A DNA stretch of 64,000 nucleotides from Antedon mediterranea (taxonomy: Eukaryota; Animalia; Echinodermata), in the NCBI RefSeq assembly GCF_964355755.1, contig NC_092674.1:8432001-8496000 (forward strand). The letters run 5' to 3'. The notes beneath the pieces are model-generated. The model was given only the letters and a program-made list of their open reading frames with translations, did not search any database and was not told the origin of the DNA. Both the position numbers and the translations under genes were made by a program. Shown here piece after piece: positions 40,349 to 54,810 of the stretch; the first letter of the stretch is position 1; each line of letters begins with the position of its first letter.

Positions 40349-41614
40349 TTACTTGAATTATTCAATCTATATTCGATTTGCAGGGATCAATTCACATCGT
40401 TTGTCCATCTGTTTCGGTTTACCCAGGAAATTATACGATAGAGTTGCTGACTATAATCAGACGCAATCTGATTCTTACGCATGTCCTTAATATCCGTAGC
40501 GTGTGAAATGGTGTATCAGCCTCTAGAGTAGAATTGGTCGCAGTGGCAATAGACTGAATATTAATAATAAAAAGGGTAAACCACTTGGTTTTAGAGATCG
40601 ATAGCGCTTTTGGTTGAAGGGTTTTTTATATTGTTATTGTAGTAACAGACCCCTAGCTTACGAACTAAACTTAACAAAAGAAACACCTATTAGGGGGGAC
40701 ACCCTTGGGCACCCAAAGACAGTTTCCCCAACTTGAAACGGGTGTCCAAGCATAATATCTCCCCTTTTTTTGTTTCACGGGAATGTGTCTCCTTAATAAG
40801 GTTTTCCCTGAATATATATATATAAACTTTATTTATTCACGAGACTGATTTACAGTAAAACTCGTTCAATCAATATTGATTGTTTTTAGAAAAGTTCTTG
40901 ATATTACACAATCCAACACTTATATATCAATACGAAAAAAGAAAGAAAAAATTACAGAATCCCTTCAATCTGACACCTCTATTTAGGGTACACCATACAG
41001 CGACTTCCCGTGTAAACGGGAACCCCTATCCAAGTGTCTCTTTTATAGGGATTCTACTGTAGTACATGGGCCTAATAAATGTTTTTGTTTTCATTTTATC
41101 TTAAAATAATAGTAAGAATGGGTTCAAGAGTTTCTACTGCATTTATTATGTTTGTTTATAGGGAAGAAGAATAGAATTCAAAGTATTTTTCCTTCAATAC
41201 AATTATTATGTTCTGCAGAGAGAGAAATGTGCCTCGAATAACAAATACACGGGAGAAGAAGACAATATATTTGAACGTTTTTATCGATCGATTTCATCAT
41301 TTTAGATGAGTCGTCCGCCGTTTCTCGCATTGGAGCAGTGAACGCACGGGCTGTTAATTACTACATAGCGATGTTTTAGGCAACCAGTTGTTGTTCTTCA
41401 GAGTTTATGCTAATGTCGTACAGTTACTACATGAATGAATGCGGTATTTCCTATCTTGATTGATGGCTTGTTACGTCACCGTCATTGTGCCGACGCATGT
41501 GAAGTAACCGTTGAAAATGTGCTATGCCCGAAAATCATTCTATTCAGATGGTACGCGTCCGTGCGCATAAGAATTGAGCTAACTACAATTCGCTAATGCA
41601 AACGCTTTCTGTCG

Positions 41615-41697
41615 AGCCTTCTATGTAGTCGAGTGGATTAGACTATGGACTTAACATGTCGATGTATGGGGTTCGAATCCCACGAGCAACTTCTTTT
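41615..41697 (+). mobile_element. Degenerate tRNA-derived (SINE head-like) sequence
   Basis: A box TAGTCGAGTGG, B box GGTTCGAATCC, T-run after; no acceptor stem. Confidence 0.5.
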
Positions 41698-44360
41698 TAC
41701 TTTATAGTGAGAGAGAGATTATTTAGAGGGTTAGGTTTAGTTATTTATGAAGTATTTCGACTATCTTTCATTTAAGGGGTCCCTAACAAAAAATCGCGTC
41801 CGAGCTTTTATAAATGCCCGAACAATTTATTCTATTTACATGATACAGTATACGCGTCGTTCGTCATGACTTCTTTACAAATGTCCGAAATCACTCATTC
41901 AGACGTCACGGAACTCGTCCAGGGCTTCCATTTGAATTTCCGAAAAATTACCCAATTCGGACATGGCATAGGCCTAGTGCGTACAGAGATAATATTATGA
42001 TAGCCCGAAAATAACGTTATACACGTTAATGCGTAGTAGGTCTACATGTCTATCAATTTACATCGAAAGAGGGAAAAATGTCTGTATTTTAATCGACGAA
42101 TAAAAAGAAACATTCCGATGTCTGAAACTGTGCTAAAAACATGTATTTACAAATAATCTTTTTAAACAATAGCTTTATAATTATTACAATGGTTTGAAAC
42201 AACGGGTTATTAGTACGCCCTTGCCACGGCCTTGAATTAGGCTAGAGGCTACGAGGTGTGATATTTAACAAAATTAGCATATTATCGTTTCATCAGATAC
42301 GACGTCAATCAGTCGAAAATCGCCACATGGAAAGTATGATGGTAAACTCGTCCTGATGTACGTGGCTGATAACGCGGACCACCTCCATGGATTCAACACA
42401 TTTCTTCGTTAATGCGATTTGCATACAATCTGCCGTATAAAAACGTGCCGAGAATGTATTCATGTTCTTCATTCATATATCCTGTGCCTATGGTTTTTAG
42501 AGATAGAAAGTATGTCTTGTTTTCGACGTCACCTATAGACAACCAGTAGCCATCCCTAATGCATGTATGATTCGTGTTTTTGACACATTTCCAATGTTTT
42601 GATTGTTTATGTACATTTTTTTCCAGTATCATATGCAAATTATGTGATACAGTAGTGTTACATTACGTATAATATGCGACACCTGTATCGTGCCAAATCT
42701 TCATGGCGTGATTTATAATATAGATATTTCGTACCAAATGTACCATAATACAAAGGTTATATTATGTCGTTTGTCTAACTGACATTGATAAACGTATTGT
42801 ATAGTTATTCGTATAGTATTTCGTTATTTTATTGTAGGAAACTATTCAATATTTTGTATGATAATCATCCATTCATTTTAATATAGACTTCTGTATAGGC
42901 CTACGTAGTGTTATATTAATTTTGTATGGCAATATATTATTTAATACTGCATATTATACGAACATGGCTCGTTGTAATTCAGAATAATTGATATGGGCGA
43001 GAGCACACGAATAGGCCGATATAGGAAGGCCTACAATTAATTGTCATGGTCACGCTTTAGGTACCCGTGTCCCATGAAAACATTCATATAGTTGTTTTTA
43101 ATAAATACAAAACGGAAAAGATTCAAGCAGGCTAGCTATAGAAGCGTACTTGTCGGCGAGTCGGACTAATTAATTCTAGGACTAGCGTGGATTAGGGCAG
43201 CCTTGGTCATATTTTGTCGTACTTCCGAGAAGTTATTATACTAGTCAATGTAAGCGTTCACATTCTTTTAAAAATAAAACGAAGAGATTGTGTTAAGGTA
43301 ATTTTCAATGTGGTACGGTACCGTACTTTTCTCTTCGTACACATACTTTTATGGTCGATACATTTAAGATGCATATAATTACTCACCGGAGGGAGGGTAT
43401 GGGATGGGGAAAGCTCTCAATAAAATATATACAATGAAGACCATTCCAGTACAGTAGTTTAGTTTGTCGTCTTTATTTTTGGTTTTATAACAATAAGTGT
43501 TGTTAGCCCAACGCTGCAGTTATGAACAACGGGGACTAAAACCCCGGAGTCAACCCCTTATTCCTTTCGAAAAGTGCACATGAGCCAGATTTGTACACTG
43601 GAATTAGGCCATACCTGTTTGTCTTTAGGCTATACGATAATACTACAACTTTGGAAATATGGCCGAAGGGTTACCGGGGTTGGTTTATAGTCGTCCTAAC
43701 CGCCGCTCGACCAAACAATACCATAACAATTAATTTATTATAATATTGTTTTCCTTTGTGGGAACTGTTGATTTATAGCTGCCTATATGAAACCACATTT
43801 ATTTATTTATTTCCTGTTCATTGAAAAATAATTGAATCATTAACATAAATATCCGTGTATATAGTTGTGTGATACAGTGAAGCGGTGATTTTATAGGGTG
43901 TTATTTCCAAGCGTGCGTTAGTCGTATTATTCCATGATACGTACACAGACTGTGCGAAATGATTCCACATACAACAGAAGTACAGTATATTCAACGATAT
44001 TTCGTGTAGCACAGTATTAGGCCTATTATACAATACGACCATCTATCAAACGTTTCTTATCTCTTACTCTATGTCTTTCTACTGTGATTCTCTCATCATT
44101 CAAGCTCTAACAAATCAGGGGCTTCAGAAGAGGATAAAATGTTCCCTCCAAAATTATAACATTATGATTGGTTTATAAATTAAATAATGACCTATAGTCT
44201 AATAAAGTATCCTTTATCTAACCACAGGAAGGAAATCACAAACATAATACTGTATTATGACAATATTCATTAATAAATATGTTGTTGTTGCAGGTACAGG
44301 TAGGCCTAATTAAGTGAACAAACATCTGGTGCTGAAGTGGTGTTTACTACATTGCGTGTT

Positions 44361-44422
44361 ATGCTGCGTTTTACCGGCAGCGATTCCTCCTCATCCTCGT
44401 CGACGACAAAACACATTCAAAG
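44361..44422 (+). CDS. Candidate first coding exon segment of the BCOR-like gene (MLRFTGSDSSSSSSTTKHIQR)
   Basis: ATG at 44361 is open to AAAG|GTAGGC (donor 44423, phase 2), matching the phase-2 acceptor at 50313. Possible upstream acceptor ttgttgcAG near 44293. No homology support. Confidence 0.33.
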
Positions 44423-45618
44423 GTAGGCCTAGCCTGTGTTTGTTTTTCAATTCTCGACGTACATTTAATTTTATACGGGGTTTTCTATAGGCATGTTATT
44501 ATTAGAATGATTCATGCGTTATAGACGCCGCCTCGATGTCCTTGTCCCCGGGAATTATTTGATGAAATTTCCCACGATGTGTTGGATGGACGTCACATCG
44601 CGGAACTAGAAACATTAATTCATAATTGACCTATGACATAGTGGATGTTATGTGATATATGTATGTCCGTAGGTCTTTATTTCTGTTTGTGTATCAAAAA
44701 TTAAGTCAATGACTGAATTTATAACTGTAGACCGATCTCGGAGTATCTCAACATAGACAAATTCTTTTAAAAACAAATGTCACATGTATCGCATGTGGTG
44801 CCTGTATATGGTTATGATACAGCTTCATGTGATTCATATGTGACACTGTATCAAAGAATTTGCCATTTATACTGTACAAGATACAGTACCGTGAAACAGC
44901 AGGAAAAACACAATTAGGCCTATATCCTAGTCTAGGTTTCAGACGGAGTTTTGACTTAATGTTACTAAAGAGATAAATATTTTGGCGCATATGGTGTTTC
45001 ATACGTAGAATACTTTAGCTCATGTAGTTTTCAGACTAAAATCGAAACGCCGACTGGACTAACACAAAAAAAGACAATTAATACAGACTTGGGGAATTTT
45101 AATTCCTCCATGTATATCTGTACAACAGCGACATCAAACGCCCGTAATCTGCGATCGCTGTTTTCGAAGCCTAAAAAAGAACAACAAATATCATGGTTTA
45201 AAATGGTGCCACACGGTTAAAGACGCAGCTTCGCTCATCTCCTCAAGTAGAATTTAATTATCCTACTAGTTGGTACAATTCGATTTGAAGAGGCTGTAAT
45301 TATAGCTTCTAAATCACCAATTGAGACGAATGAAAAATAAAAACGACTTTTTTAAGTTGTCGTATTTTAAATCATGTAGTCGCTGTGTGCAGCAGTGTTT
45401 TCACTAATGTACATTGGCAAACATGATTTTTGGACATTTTGGATAAAAAATGAGAAATTGGTTTGAAAACAGGTTAAAATAAGGAGAACGTCTACTGAGA
45501 ATTATCCAATTCAATACATGGTGTATAACTAGGCTTATGATACGTCGTTCGGAGAAAATATCTGGGAGACATGACGTTTTAAGCTTTTAAGCATGCTTGC
45601 AGTATTATAATGTTTAAA

Positions 45619-45833
45619 TTATATCGTATCTGTATAGGGTGCTTTTGCTTGGTTATTGTATGAGGAAGTACAGATATTAATTCAGACTAATGTAATACCG
45701 TATTATATAATACAGATATTGACTGCTTAGAGGTTAGAAAGTTTATATCGTATCTGTATAGGGTGCTTTGGCTTGCTTATTGTATGAGGAAGTACAGATA
45801 TTAATTCAGACTAATGTAATACCGTATTATATA
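45619..45833. repeat. Tandem duplication, 124-bp period
   Basis: TTATATCGTATCTGTATAGGGTGCTTT...TAATACCGTATTATA at 45619 and 45743. Confidence 0.92.
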
Positions 45834-46006
45834 ATAATATACTGTATAAAGTTAGATCCACAATGTCCGGAAAATAGGAACATTTGAGTCTGGAGAAAAA
45901 CATTATAATGGGCTATTGTATGTTTACTATAAATATCATAGCTATATACAAATATAGAGGAAAGATACAATACCTGGTTTTCGAATCGAACAAATACTCA
46001 TACTGA

Positions 46007-46043
<37 letters not shown>

Positions 46044-47751
46044 AACGCTCTATGTATTATTAGTTTATTTATATGCCTATAACGATAATAATAGTAGCTA
46101 TGCCTATGTCGGATTCGCACGGTTATTTGTTAAAATAGCACCGTTATATGTATTTACTGCAAGATGTTTTTGTCGAGGGATGTCATTGAATAAATTAGCC
46201 TGCTTATGAAACGTAACTTTTCTTTATTTATTGATTGCTATCTCTCTCATGGAAATCACTTTGTAAGCGCATTAATGACCAAAGTGCTATTTACACATCT
46301 ATTACCGTACTGTTATAATTATATTTGTGAACATTAATTCATCCGGTAACCGTGCGGATGCACTGGTTGCAATAATTAGCGTACGACGTCTTCATAGAGG
46401 CCTCCATATGTTAATAGTTTTTGGTCACTGTCTATTTCTCGTTTGTTGTATAAGATATTGTAAACACTTTACTCGTTTGGTCAACATACGGTACACATTT
46501 GAGTTTCGCTATATTGTTAGTCAGTCGATGACAAAGGACGAAGAATAACGTAATCGTCAAAATAATAATTAACAAAAACAAAAGTAGGGCAGAGATAAAC
46601 ATTTTACAATTAATATTTAATTTAGCCTAATGCAGTAAAAAGCGACAAAAAAAACCATAGGCTAAATCGTGAGAACCAAACCTTTTGTTATAAATTTAAA
46701 GTTACCGTTCGCTCACGTGCTGTAGCCTATAGCCTAATTGAACAAATTCAAAAGTTGCAATAAAAGTATTTTATCAAATGTTATGCTCGAAATTTACGAG
46801 CAAATATTGAAGCCTGGGCAAACCAACAAAACCGACAAGATAACCTAATTGTCTGAAAATTAATAGTTCCAAAAAAATAGACGCTCATATAGGCCTGTAT
46901 TTATGAATGCACGTGACGTCAGATAACGGGGGAAAACCATCGTACAATGGAAGCAAATACTGTAATAATATGCATTATCAAAAATATTAAGTAATAGTAT
47001 ACATTATGTGTAAAGAGAACAGTTGTATGGAAATAAAAGTGGGATGAACCCACATAAGATAAAAAAAAAAGTAATAGTATATAGCTATGACGGTATACTA
47101 CTATACGTTTTAGTTAATTTCCTATCGTGTAGGCCTATTTAGCCGAAAATAATTCTTTTTGTATAATGCTAGAAATAAGATATATTTTGTAAAGTCGGCA
47201 TAAAAAATCGCTAATCAAAATTATGCTTATTGATCTTCCGAAAATATTATGTCTTTGCATGCTATATATTGGTTAAACTTTTGATAGGTAGCATATTTAT
47301 GGCAGATTTGGCCACTGTGGGCATAGTATTTGTTTGTCGAGAATAAAACGTGGGAGAAATATATCATGCGATCGACGTGACGTGTGTATAATGTCTTCGA
47401 CAGATAAGCCTATAATTTACATGATTTGATGTATCTAATTTCCTGTCTCCAAGTTACCGATATTATGTAGACTTTTTGTTTTTATAAAATACTACTTTTT
47501 CCAAAGCAGATGTTATTGTTTGCCTATTTCGGCGTCAAAATGTTTACTCGCCTGTTGTTCGTAATTCTGAATATTGTTACGTAATTTTCAGGCCTGCTAA
47601 CTAACTGCAGGTAATAATTACAACAGTCTGTTTCTCCATGGTATTTTTGGTTTTTTTATATTACATTTAAATTATTTCAGCTATTGTTTTGTTTTATTTT
47701 ACCTGTTTTTTTATGTACACATGGCATCTGCTCTATTTTCAGTAAAGATTT

Positions 47752-47894
47752 TCAAACTAGTTTGACAAAAAAAAATGTGATATGCTTAAATATGGTGGCG
47801 ATATTCCAAATATGGTAGATATATGACATCATCATGGTCATATATGGGCACATCACGTTTTTTGTCACACAAATTTAACAGTGTAGACAGGGCT
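47752..47894. mobile_element. MITE family B, partial (interior reversed relative to 16344)
   Basis: TCAAACTAGTTTGACAAAA...ATATGACATCATCATG...AGTGTAGACAGGGCT. Confidence 0.6.
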
Positions 47895-48605
47895 TTAGTT
47901 TCTACACCCATAAAGATATTATTATACATTTCAATTGTTATATTAATATCTGTGAAGCATAGTGACCACAAAAGGTGTGACCTGCCTTATTTTCCTCACC
48001 TTATACTTCGTATCTTCAGACAAAACAAAACCGCGTGGCGTGAAGCGACTATTTTGGTTTAACGGCGCCACGGTAATTATTTTAATCATTCTATCCCCAA
48101 TTTTCATATTGAATCCTATCTCTCAATTCATCGAAGAATTAAACCTAATTCCTCCATAATTAATGCCATTTTAGCCTTGTCGATTTATTTTTAGAATTCA
48201 ATAACAGAACGTCCCATAACTATCTAACTAAATATTATTTGGGAATCAGGCTCCATGGGCACCGACGCCCTGTGATAACTTATATTGTAGGGTACCGTAC
48301 TGTAACCTATGCTATTATAGCGTTGAGGAATTGTTCAGATTATGTAACAGGGCACCTATATGATAACGTAAATTTATATAATCTTATAAGATGGTGCCGT
48401 TATATAATTTCTCCACGCCTTTCATCTTTATAGTTAGCGTGGTTTTGTTTTTGTTTACACACAGACAAGTGTAGTAGGCCTACATTATTTCTATTGACTC
48501 GCAATTTTAACATCAAGCAACACGAAGCATTTTCTCTATCACGTGACGTTATAAACAAATCATGTTCCGTCTACGTTGCTGCTAAAAACCTGTTTATTTT
48601 AAATA

Positions 48606-48706
48606 AGCCCGTTCAGGCTTAGTTTATATTATATAACCGGGTGATTTTATGGGTTATCGCTAATTTGGTAAGTCAAACCGGGTAAATCACCTAGTCTGAA
48701 CGGGCC
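48606..48706. mobile_element. Small Harbinger-type MITE (AGCCCGTTCAG...CTGAACGGGCC)
   Basis: Terminal inverted repeats with a 3-bp ATA duplication; internal ACCGGGT motifs. Related fragments near 26470-26610 and 51285-51355. Confidence 0.55.
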
Positions 48707-50312
48707 ATACATCCATTCATGGTGAGCCCGTTTCGGCTTAGTCCTGAACGCTCAGGAAGCCATTTTGCACAGTCTACGTTAAAACCAGATATAGACATAT
48801 TGCCTTATATAATGTTGGTAGTTTTATATATCCCAACACCACAATGGTACACGCAAGGCCAAGTGGTTTTTATGGATAAGATATCGTCTCCCAGATAAAA
48901 TTTCAATATAGGCTATCTGTATGTGCAATAAAACTGTGAATCGATCCAACATTAGGATAATTATATCGTGGTCCTTATCGCCATATTGATTGTGTAAAGC
49001 AGATAGATAATAAATGGATCGTCAATGTTACGCTTGGTCCGGTACCGAACCATCTGCCACAACATACGACATACATTCACTGGAAGAAGCGCTGCTCTCT
49101 CTCACTCACCGTACGGTACCGTAATAATTAGTAGGCCTGCCTAATTAATAAACTAGATTCAACGCATAGAAACATTATTACGCAGACTGGTTTATGAATA
49201 TGATAATTATTAATGTTCAAAAATTGTTTTGATCGAATAGGCCTAAATAATATGTACGGTAGAATGTATAGGCCGCGCCGCCTAACGCAGCGTGTGGAAA
49301 ATAATACTGTACAAACAAGACAAAGGTAAAATCTTGAAGAAGAAATACTGTTTCAATGTCATCATAATGAATACAAAACCGTTACGTTTAACAAAATACT
49401 AAGGAAAATCATAACAATAATTTACAAATAGGAACTTTGTACCAAGCAATTTACTATTTTGAAGTTGCTGTCAATCTATTTTTGCATCAAATCGAAATTA
49501 ATATCACTTAATTGTACTGCACAGACCTTACCGTGATTAATTCAATTATTATTTATATACAATTTGCGTTGTTTTTGCCAATTTAATGAAAAAATAATAA
49601 TGTTGACCAATCGGCAGTGAGAAAGTGAGTGTCGATCGCCTGCGTTTTTATAATGTGTTCTGCAATTGGAGCGCGATTTAGTTAATAGCGTAATATCTTT
49701 TGATGCTCTGGCAGACGATTGTTAGAACGGCTATTACAAACTGCTAGCTATATTGCTGGGCCGGATTAGTATTTAGTATCAACCTTTGATGTGTTCCGGA
49801 GCGCCGTAATCAGGGACCGCCTCGAAAACTTACACGACTAGGTATAAAACAGATGTATATTGATATTTAACAGGGTTTTTTTTTTGTTATGAGAACGGCA
49901 CATTCGAGATAATTTAGAAATAATATGGCCGACTTGTTTGCAATCGTGTAACACCTTTTGTTTGCCAAATCTATTGATCCGTCTTAAACGCCTGATTGGC
50001 TACGTCGTAGATTTTTTAGGTCAGTTCGCGTAGAAAATTGATACTGGTATGTTTCAGTAGATTTTCCTCCGTTTCAAACCAGAGTATAAGTTCTTTGTAT
50101 ACATCGAGAGAATGCCCGGGTTATTGTCAATGTCCAAGGAATTGTTTTTTCTATCGATTTTTTATAAACTGTGTTAGTGTGTGTAGTGATTGAACCATGT
50201 GGTTGGTTTAAATGTTCACTAAATACCGGAGCCATGTGCAATTTGAATGACTTGAAATAATAGTTATGTCTCGATTGTGTTTCTCATAGCGGAAGTTTGC
50301 TTATCATTACAG

Positions 50313-50439
50313 GGCTAGCACACCGCAGAGTAGGGAGCGTTCTATTAATGTAACATCGCCTTTGAAAGCCAACGATGTGGCGTTCATTAAACGACAGATG
50401 CGATTGATTGGTCCGGCGGGTCAGAATCTCTCCAAGAAG
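50313..50439 (+). CDS. Candidate small upstream coding exon of the BCOR-like gene (ASTPQSRERSINVTSPLKANDVAFIKRQMRLIGPAGQNLSKK); alternative acceptor at 50290
   Basis: Open frame ending AAG|GTTAGT (donor 50440, phase 0, compatible with the giant exon). Two possible acceptors: ttacAG ending 50312 (phase 2) and ttctcatAG ending 50289 (phase 0). Locally raised GC. Confidence 0.5.
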
Positions 50440-51419
50440 GTTAGTACAGTTTGTATGTGGATTTAAAATGATATCGATTATCAAACGTGTATAATCATTA
50501 GATATCGATATCGGATATTCGTACAGGAGCCAATTCCAGACGGAGCATATAAAAAGGATATGTTGAAAACTGGGAAAGAGAACGTGCGAATTATAATACG
50601 AATTGCGATGTTGGCGTATTCGTTTTTACATGAAGTTTATTCTTTGCTCCATGGTTTTGGCATTTTTGTTTTGCCGTGGACGATGAGTTATTTCCAGCTG
50701 TGCGTATTAACTACGTTTTACGAGGATTATAGCCTATATGATGTAAAACACCTAAAACACGAATTTTAAAACGTTTATATAATTATTCATATAGCCACTT
50801 TGGTTTGGATTCAAAGTCATGTGTTACGTACGATTTGAATATCGGATTAAAATTCCTTGGCGTCGGAATATATAAATGTACAAACAAGGTGTTTTGTTTT
50901 CTATATTCAGAAAATGATTCTTTTTTTGCGGATAGTAATTATTATGATCGATTTAATTGCAGATATCAACGCACTATGTCAAATACTCAAACCATATCAG
51001 TTTATAATGCTATATATGCTATTGTTAAAAAATTTAGGTATTAAGTTTAACGACAACATTTTGTGGAATGAGATGATTTAAAAACTATTACTATAATTAT
51101 AATTAGAAATACATCGAATGCAATTGCGCCACAAAATCGATGCATTAATTGGATGAGATCAATTCACGATCCGCTACTCTGCCTCGGTTTATTTATTTAA
51201 GAGATTAGGCCTATATACATTGTATGATGAATACAGTAAATACATCGTGTATGTAGGCCTCCATCCACTTGAAGTCGTTGTTATTTAACCGGGTAAAATG
51301 GTTTCACGGGTAGAAACCAACTTACCCGAGTAAATAGCCAAGCCTGAACGAGCCCCTTTAGGCATGCTCTTTTCGTAATGGCTTCCCAACGACGTGCAGC
51401 TTTTCCCCACTATGTAGTT

Positions 51420-51645
51420 ACCGATGTGCCACTTTGAGTCCATTTATAGGGGCACCGATGTGCCACTTTGAGTCAATTTAAAAGGGCACCGACGTGCCAC
51501 TTTTAGCGAATGTGTTAGGGCACCAACGTGCCACTCTCGATAGGCACCGACGTACCACTCTCGATAGGGCACCGACGTGCCACTCTCGATAGGGCACCGA
51601 CGTGCCACTCTTGATAGGGCACCGAGATAGACGTGCCACTTTGAG
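51420..51645. repeat. Tandem array of AGGGCACCGACGTGCCACT(CTCGAT) units, about 8 copies
   Basis: 24-35 bp units, each with an internal GGCAC..GTGCC inverted repeat. Confidence 0.9.
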
Positions 51646-53062
51646 CCAACGACGTAATATATAAGCGAAAAAGCAAAACAAAAAACGGTCAAACTTATTA
51701 GTGCACAATAATGCATAATAATTGTTCATGGCCCACTTGCGACATCCCCGTATTATTATATGGTTCTTTTATAAAATAGGTATTATTATTCGTTGTATAT
51801 CACTGTGCAGTATCCGGAAATAACTCAATCAATATATTATAAAGTGATAACAAAAATGGCAAATTTAATAAATTATAGTATCGTATGTTTGCCATGTCAT
51901 GTTTGCTTTAGACAAAGCCGTTAATTAGGCTTACTGTATTTTTTCTGATTTTATGCAGAAAGTAGACTATATATATAAACGTATGATTAAAACAAAGATA
52001 CGGCACAGAATTCGTCGAAAATCTATCTGGCGTGCCTCCTGCGCTTAATTATTAAGTATTTCTGCATTTGCATGAATATTTAAAGTACCGGTACCGAATA
52101 AAGAAAAATATATACAGAAATCGACCCGGAAAACGGAAAAAAGTGTATACTGTGTGTATAATCCGATCATGCGGTTTAAGAGATTTTGTGCACAAATTTT
52201 GATATCTGGGCATTATAGTATGGCATTATTAGCATTCCACCAAGAACCTTTCGTTTGTTGTGTCCCTGAAGTAATATATTAACCCATGATATCTTATCTT
52301 CAATTGTACATAAACAGTGGGTAAACATTTTTGATTTAGTACCTACTTCAGGCGGTCCCACAAGATAACCAATCGTATCGTTACCCATTCTATACGTTGA
52401 GAACTGCAACACCTCACCCTCACTCCCGGGTCCCCTCCTCATTGTAAAGTTAAGCCTTTATTTGTAAACAATGCTCATTTCCTGGCCTTCATCGTGTCAA
52501 TTCAGCTTTTCGCTTGGTTGTCGTAATTTTATGAAATACGCCCACTATCGGGTACATTTCTTCTACATTTTATACGCCACCGGCACCACGTAGATGTGCG
52601 TAGATCTCGACCTCTCCCCACCGCTGGGTCATCGTAAATAATCCTTCTGCTCTGAGCAGACGAGTTCAGGAACGACAATAAAATATTTTCAATGATGCGT
52701 TCAATTTTAATGCCATGATTTACATCTGAAAACATCCGACCCGATTCTCGTTTTTGTTTGGCAAACCACTTGTAAATTGTATTTTGGTTTCGAACTCTGT
52801 ACAGTGTTTTTTAGATTAATATACTTTATATCAGAGCTATAACGCCACGAGCCTTTCGTTAGATCGGTTTAAAAAAAAAACTCTGATTCTCTTTTCCCCC
52901 TTCAACCTTTAGGCCTCCATGCATTTTCCACCCCCCCCCCCCCCCACTTCCCGGCAACATTTAGGCCTCCATGCATGTTCTTAAAAACAATTAAACACAA
53001 TTGTAGGCGTGGGGTCGGAAAAATGTGCACGTAAAGTGAATTCGAAATAGTAACAAAACCTT

Positions 53063-53200
53063 TTCGTTCGTTCGTTCGTTTTTATTTCACAATGCATCAA
53101 ACTTAATAGTTTTACATAATAAGTATTAAATAAAAAATGCAAAGCCTGGAAAAGACCAAATAAGCTCAATATAGAGCTTTAAGCCTGGTTTCACCAGTAC
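53063..53200 (-). mobile_element. Probable LINE/SINE 3' end (CR1/L2-like)
   Basis: On the minus strand: AAGCTC..GAGCTT stem-loop, then AATAAA and a (CGAA)n microsatellite tail. Confidence 0.4.
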
Positions 53201-54632
53201 AAAATACACTAATAATTGTATCAAATACAATAAACAATAATTAAATATTAATTAAAGTAGTAGAAATAATATTATATATATATATATATATATTTTTTTT
53301 AATACACAATTACGCTACAGGACAACACAAACACAACAAGAGGACAAACGTACTTTGTCGGAAACATTACTATGCATTTTTATTATTATATTCCAGTAAT
53401 CGGCCGCGTTATTGATCCTAGGCCACTACAGGAATTCATTTTCTCTGGAAGGAAACGTTAGGCCACTAGACACTGCTTACATCCCGGTTTTATATGTATT
53501 TGTACAGTTTATAAATAAAAAATAGACAATTAATCCCACACAATATTTTCCTGTATTGTCGTCCTTATTGCTGTGTTCTTTGTTCAAAGCGTTCATGATT
53601 GTTCCGCCATCCATCACCAACCGCTCCCTTGTGGATAGAGTCCACGAAACCATTTTGATATCGCGACCGTCAGAAGTTGTTCAGAACAGTTAGGCCCTAC
53701 ACTAAATGGCAATTGCATACCCTCTTCTTATTACCAAATATTATTGTTTTATTATGTATTATATAATAAAGCAGTTTTTCAGCTTTTTTACTATTCGTAC
53801 ATTTGCATCATGTTTCCGAGTCGCAATAAAGATTTTTCAAAATATTTGATAACATATAGTAGACAATAACATTATACCGTGCCATAACGCACCCGTGACC
53901 CAGACTAGCCCTGCTAAATTGTAATTTGAAAGTTGAAATAGTGAGTGTGGGGATTGTAAAATGAAGATCTGGATGGCATAGAACGTATACATATTGTACT
54001 ATTGATCCGTACTAAACATAGAACACAATGTGCTATTGATCCGTTTATGAATACCATAGTTATTATACATGAAGATGCTTACTAATTTAAAGAGGTATCG
54101 TAAAGACATTTTACAGTACTGTACTTCTTCCGATGCGGTCTCACCGCATGCATTTTCAATTCATCGCTTTCTGGAAATCAGATTTCAGTTTCGACAAATG
54201 GCTGACGTCGTTGTCTAACCAAACGTGCGAAGTCTGTGATGTGTAATCGTTTGCTTATTTATTAATGCGTTTAGCAGTTGGTACAAAATAAAATACATGC
54301 AGTTATTTAATACATTGATAGCGACGATTGAATTTTGAACAATCAAATAAAGTGTTCCACGGCGGAACGAGACGGTTTGTTTACGTGCGTGGATGCACCT
54401 TATTCAGATAGGCAAATTCTGCGTGATGATGTATCAAATGTGGTGCCTGTTTTATGTTAACGTTAAGTTAAGCTTATGGCCAATGAAACAGACATCAGTG
54501 TGACACAGTAGTACATGCCTACATTACGATACTGAACCGAGAATGATGCACACTTGAACTGCATACAAAATGTTTAACATTTTTGTGTTTTTGGAAACTT
54601 TGTCCTTCGGTTTGTTCACATTAACCGACACC

Positions 54633-54810
54633 CATTGTCACCGCCCATGATGCATTGACGCCGTCCCTCAGGCATTGTCACCGCCCATGATGCATTGTCG
54701 CCGCCCCTCGGGCATTGTCACCGCCCCTCAGGCATTGTCACCGCCCCTGAGGCATTGTTACTGCCCCTGATGCATTGTCACCGCCCCTGAGGCATTGCCA
54801 CCGCCCCGAG
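54633..54810. repeat. 20-bp GC-rich minisatellite (GCATTGTCACCGCCCCTGAG), about 9 copies
   Basis: Clear tandem units. Confidence 0.92.

Noticed and set aside
42393-42638. 81-aa minus-strand ORF
   Set aside because: No recognisable homology; length is within chance expectation.
51420-51645. CRISPR-like appearance of the palindromic repeat array
   Set aside because: Linkers are short and mutually similar rather than unique spacers, there are no cas genes, and the context is a eukaryotic intron.
52176-52735. Two minus-strand ORFs (88 and 68 aa) in GC-raised intronic sequence
   Set aside because: No recognisable domain or consistent splice model; cannot support a nested gene.
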